DNA of 32,000 nucleotides from Prevotella phage Lak-C1. The stretch lies in the sequence record MK250029.1. One strand, written 5' to 3'. This document shows, piece by piece, positions 29,759 to 32,000 of the stretch; positions within the stretch are counted from its first letter, which is position 1, and every line of letters begins with the position of its first letter. The translations under genes and the position numbers were made by a program. Under the pieces are notes generated by a model that was given only the letters and a program-made list of their open reading frames with translations, did not search any database and was not told the DNA's origin.

Positions 29759-30646
29759 TTACTTCTTGCTATATTTGTTTTGAATAAAATGAAACATTTC
29801 ATCCATTGTCTTATCACCAATAGGGAATCGCTCTTTTGAAATTGAATTCTTTGCAAATTCACCCTTTACCATATCAATATAGAATGTATAACCTCCGTCA
29901 TCACCCATATAGAATTCATCCCATTCCTCTGATGAAAGAATACGCTGTACTTTAAGCTGTTCAATCGCAAGATTATCAAAACTCAAAACCTTGAAATATG
30001 ACTTAATTTCATCAAGATTATCAAAAAGATATTTTGTATTATTCTTAATGAATTCATCATGTTGCTTATGATAGTTAATACCACGCTGCAAATCCTTATA
30101 TCCAAGAAGCAATACTTTCAAATCATGATCACGAAGTTTTTGAATATCAGATTCTTTTAGAATTCCAACAATAGTATGCAGAACAGTATTAGGAATACTA
30201 TTCATCTTTTCAATAAGTTCATCTGTAGGATGAATCAAAGAAACACCAATACCATAAACATACTTATGTTCAGACCATGTTTTCAATTTATCATAGTTTC
30301 TCAAGAACTGATTCTGATTAACAGTAATGTTTGCATACACCTTTTTCTTTTTCAAAAATTCAAGGAATGCAACAAGATCAGGATGATCTAGGTCATTACC
30401 ATTAAGAGCAATCTCTGTATATGGATGAAGAGTATTAATAAAAGGATATGAAAACAAATCACTGTGTTTCCCTTCTGGTGAACACCCCTCGTAGCAAAAC
30501 TGACACATCTCTCGACACTTATCTGTTAATTTGCAATCTACGTTCTCAGAAAATGACGGAATAAATGAGTCTGCATCCGTTCGACGTATCTTAGTTCCAT
30601 CACTCAAAATCGTTACAATGTAATTACCATTCTTATAACTTGGCAT
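29759..30646 (-). CDS. Radical SAM domain protein
   Basis: DCKLTDKCREMCQFCYEGC (CxxxCxxC cluster), EIALNGNDLDHPDLVAFLEFLKKKKVYANITVNQ; first gene of the minus-strand FETNSSS cluster. Confidence 0.85.
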   Translation of the reverse strand: MPSYKNGNYIVTILSDGTKIRRTDADSFIPSFSENVDCKLTDKCREMCQFCYEGCSPEGKHSDLFSYPFINTLHPYTEIALNGNDLDHPDLVAFLEFLKKKKVYANITVNQNQFLRNYDKLKTWSEHKYVYGIGVSLIHPTDELIEKMNSIPNTVLHTIVGILKESDIQKLRDHDLKVLLLGYKDLQRGINYHKQHDEFIKNNTKYLFDNLDEIKSYFKVLSFDNLAIEQLKVQRILSSEEWDEFYMGDDGGYTFYIDMVKGEFAKNSISKERFPIGDKTMDEMFHFIQNKYSKK

Positions 30647-30841
30647 AATTCTTTTTATTTAAAAATTAATATTTGTGTTTAAAACTGATATTACAAAGAT
30701 ACATAAAAGTTTTCACATAGAAAATATGTAATAATCATTTTTAGCATTTATTTGATAAATAAAGAAATTTATATGATTTAAATAAACTTTTTATTATTTC
30801 TTTCTTAAATAATAGAAGATATATTTTAATTTTTAATTTTA

Positions 30842-31183
30842 ATGATTATGACAGTATTTTACATTATTATGTTTATAGCATTGTATATTGCTTTTGGTAT
30901 TACAATATTCGGAATTGGTTATAAATACGATTTTTTGGATGTTCGAAAAGATTATAAGCAATCAGTATGTCAAGGTGATGAATATTCAACAATTGTAATG
31001 AGTATTATTTTTTGGCCATTAATTGCAGCATGTTTTTTGTTGTTTTCAATACCACGACGTATAATAGATAGTCTTATTAATGCAATAGATGAAGATATAA
31101 GATATGAAGAATTATTACGTAATAAACGGTTGAAGAACAATAAAGATAATTATAATGACAATGATAATAATATAAAATTATGA
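30842..31183 (+). CDS. Membrane protein, hypothetical
   Basis: TM segments VFYIIMFIALYIAFGITIFGI and IVMSIIFWPLIAACFLLFSI; ATGA coupling to the next gene. Confidence 0.65.
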   Translation: MIMTVFYIIMFIALYIAFGITIFGIGYKYDFLDVRKDYKQSVCQGDEYSTIVMSIIFWPLIAACFLLFSIPRRIIDSLINAIDEDIRYEELLRNKRLKNNKDNYNDNDNNIKL

Positions 31184-31479
31184 TTAATAGATTACATATT
31201 TTAACAAAAAGTCGTAAATATACAGATTATTACAGTGAATTTATAAAGTATAAAGGGAAGAAAATAAAAATTGTTATAAAATTTGAATCAAACCGATTTG
31301 TTGCACGTCTATATTTGTTAACAAATTTAGGGTTGAACGAATTTGCATACTCATCTGATTTCGAATATGATGTTAATAAATTTAATTGTAATTTTGACAG
31401 TATAGATAAAAATGAAAAAATAAAAATGATTAATACATTAAAAGATTTATCAAGGGATTATATTACTCAAGTGTTCTAA
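31180..31479 (+). CDS. Hypothetical protein
   Basis: 99-aa ORF coupled to the upstream gene. Confidence 0.6.
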   Translation: MINRLHILTKSRKYTDYYSEFIKYKGKKIKIVIKFESNRFVARLYLLTNLGLNEFAYSSDFEYDVNKFNCNFDSIDKNEKIKMINTLKDLSRDYITQVF

Positions 31480-31505
31480 ATAATAAATATAAAAAAGAAT
31501 ACATA

Positions 31506-31775
31506 ATGATGAATAATATATTATCTTTTGTAATTATGTTTTTACAACATATATTATATATTATAGAAGGCTATTTAAAATGGTTATTTGATATTATAAC
31601 ATTTAAGGAATCTCGACTTTCTAAAAAGAGAATGATTATATGTAAAAAATGTGAAAATTATAATCATGGTATATGTGATAAATGTGGATGTATTCTTAAA
31701 GCAAAAACTAGAGTGGACTTTTTATTAGATAATGACGGAATTAGCATAGACGGATGTCCAATAAGGAAATGGTAA
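31506..31775 (+). CDS. Small membrane protein with C-terminal Cys-rich (DUF6171-like) tail
   Basis: CKKCENYNHGICDKCGCILKAKTRVDFLLDNDGISIDGCPIRKW. Confidence 0.65.
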   Translation: MMNNILSFVIMFLQHILYIIEGYLKWLFDIITFKESRLSKKRMIICKKCENYNHGICDKCGCILKAKTRVDFLLDNDGISIDGCPIRKW

Positions 31776-31797
31776 TAAACTATTTCCTTATTTTTTT
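31761..31797 (+). terminator. Intrinsic terminator overlapping the stop of 31506-31775
   Basis: ATAAGGAAAT … ATTTCCTTATTTTTTT. Confidence 0.7.
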
Positions 31798-31834
31798 ATA
31801 TAATCAATATAAAAAAATAAAATGTTATTATTTA

Positions 31835-32000
31835 ATGACTGAAATTTTTAAAGATATTAAAAGAGAAATGCAGGAAATTCAAGATAATATAGGTGCTTTT
31901 CACGAAACAGGATTGAAAGATGACGGAATGATGAAAATTAAACCGTCTATTACTGTATGTGTTGATTTTGATGGAACAATGGTTCAACATGAATATCCTG
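31835..32000 (+). CDS. HAD-like phosphatase, 3'-partial
   Basis: MTEIFKDIKREMQEIQDNIGAFHETGLKDDGMMKIKPSITVCVDFDGTMVQHEYP; DFDGT motif I of the HAD superfamily. Confidence 0.55.
   Translation, partial: MTEIFKDIKREMQEIQDNIGAFHETGLKDDGMMKIKPSITVCVDFDGTMVQHEYP

Noticed and set aside
1-32000. CRISPR array
   Set aside because: No regularly spaced repeats seen; the repeated FETNSSS-coding DNA at irregular spacing is explained by the paralogous gene starts.

Overview
AT-rich 32 kb window from a large tailed-phage genome, probably a Bacteroidetes-infecting, crAss-like or similar lineage (lineage inferred from gene content only). The main global property is amber recoding. TAG occurs in-frame in many genes and fits Gln, while TAA and TGA end genes; I saw no gene that needs TAG as a stop. 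The supplied standard-code ORF track therefore truncates or misses many genes, for example almost nothing is called between 17.5 and 20.7 kb. I rebuilt several genes with TAG=Q, and TAG use is mosaic: heavy in roughly 1-4.4, 10.7-12.8 and 17.2-20.7 kb, absent from about 20.75 kb onward. A Gln-like tRNA with anticodon UUA (not CUA) sits at 5521-5591 (-). The strongest finding is an RNA ligase gene split into three in-frame pieces (about 9383-9130, 7760-7556, 6086-5865, all -). The two interruptions each carry a different RuvC-type TnpB-like nuclease, and removing both gives an exact 681-nt ORF. Other notable items are a T14 run ending in a canonical U_UUU_UUA slippery site inside a T4 gp4-like head-completion nuclease gene; five tandem paralogs sharing an N-terminal MK-x-QIR-x-GVFETNSSS-x-H-x-L module downstream of a radical SAM gene; a macro/PARG-like protein; a sigma factor; a clamp loader; a second ligase-like protein; a glycosyltransferase; a Bacteroidetes histone-H1-like protein; a candidate homing endonuclease; and several bidirectional terminators.
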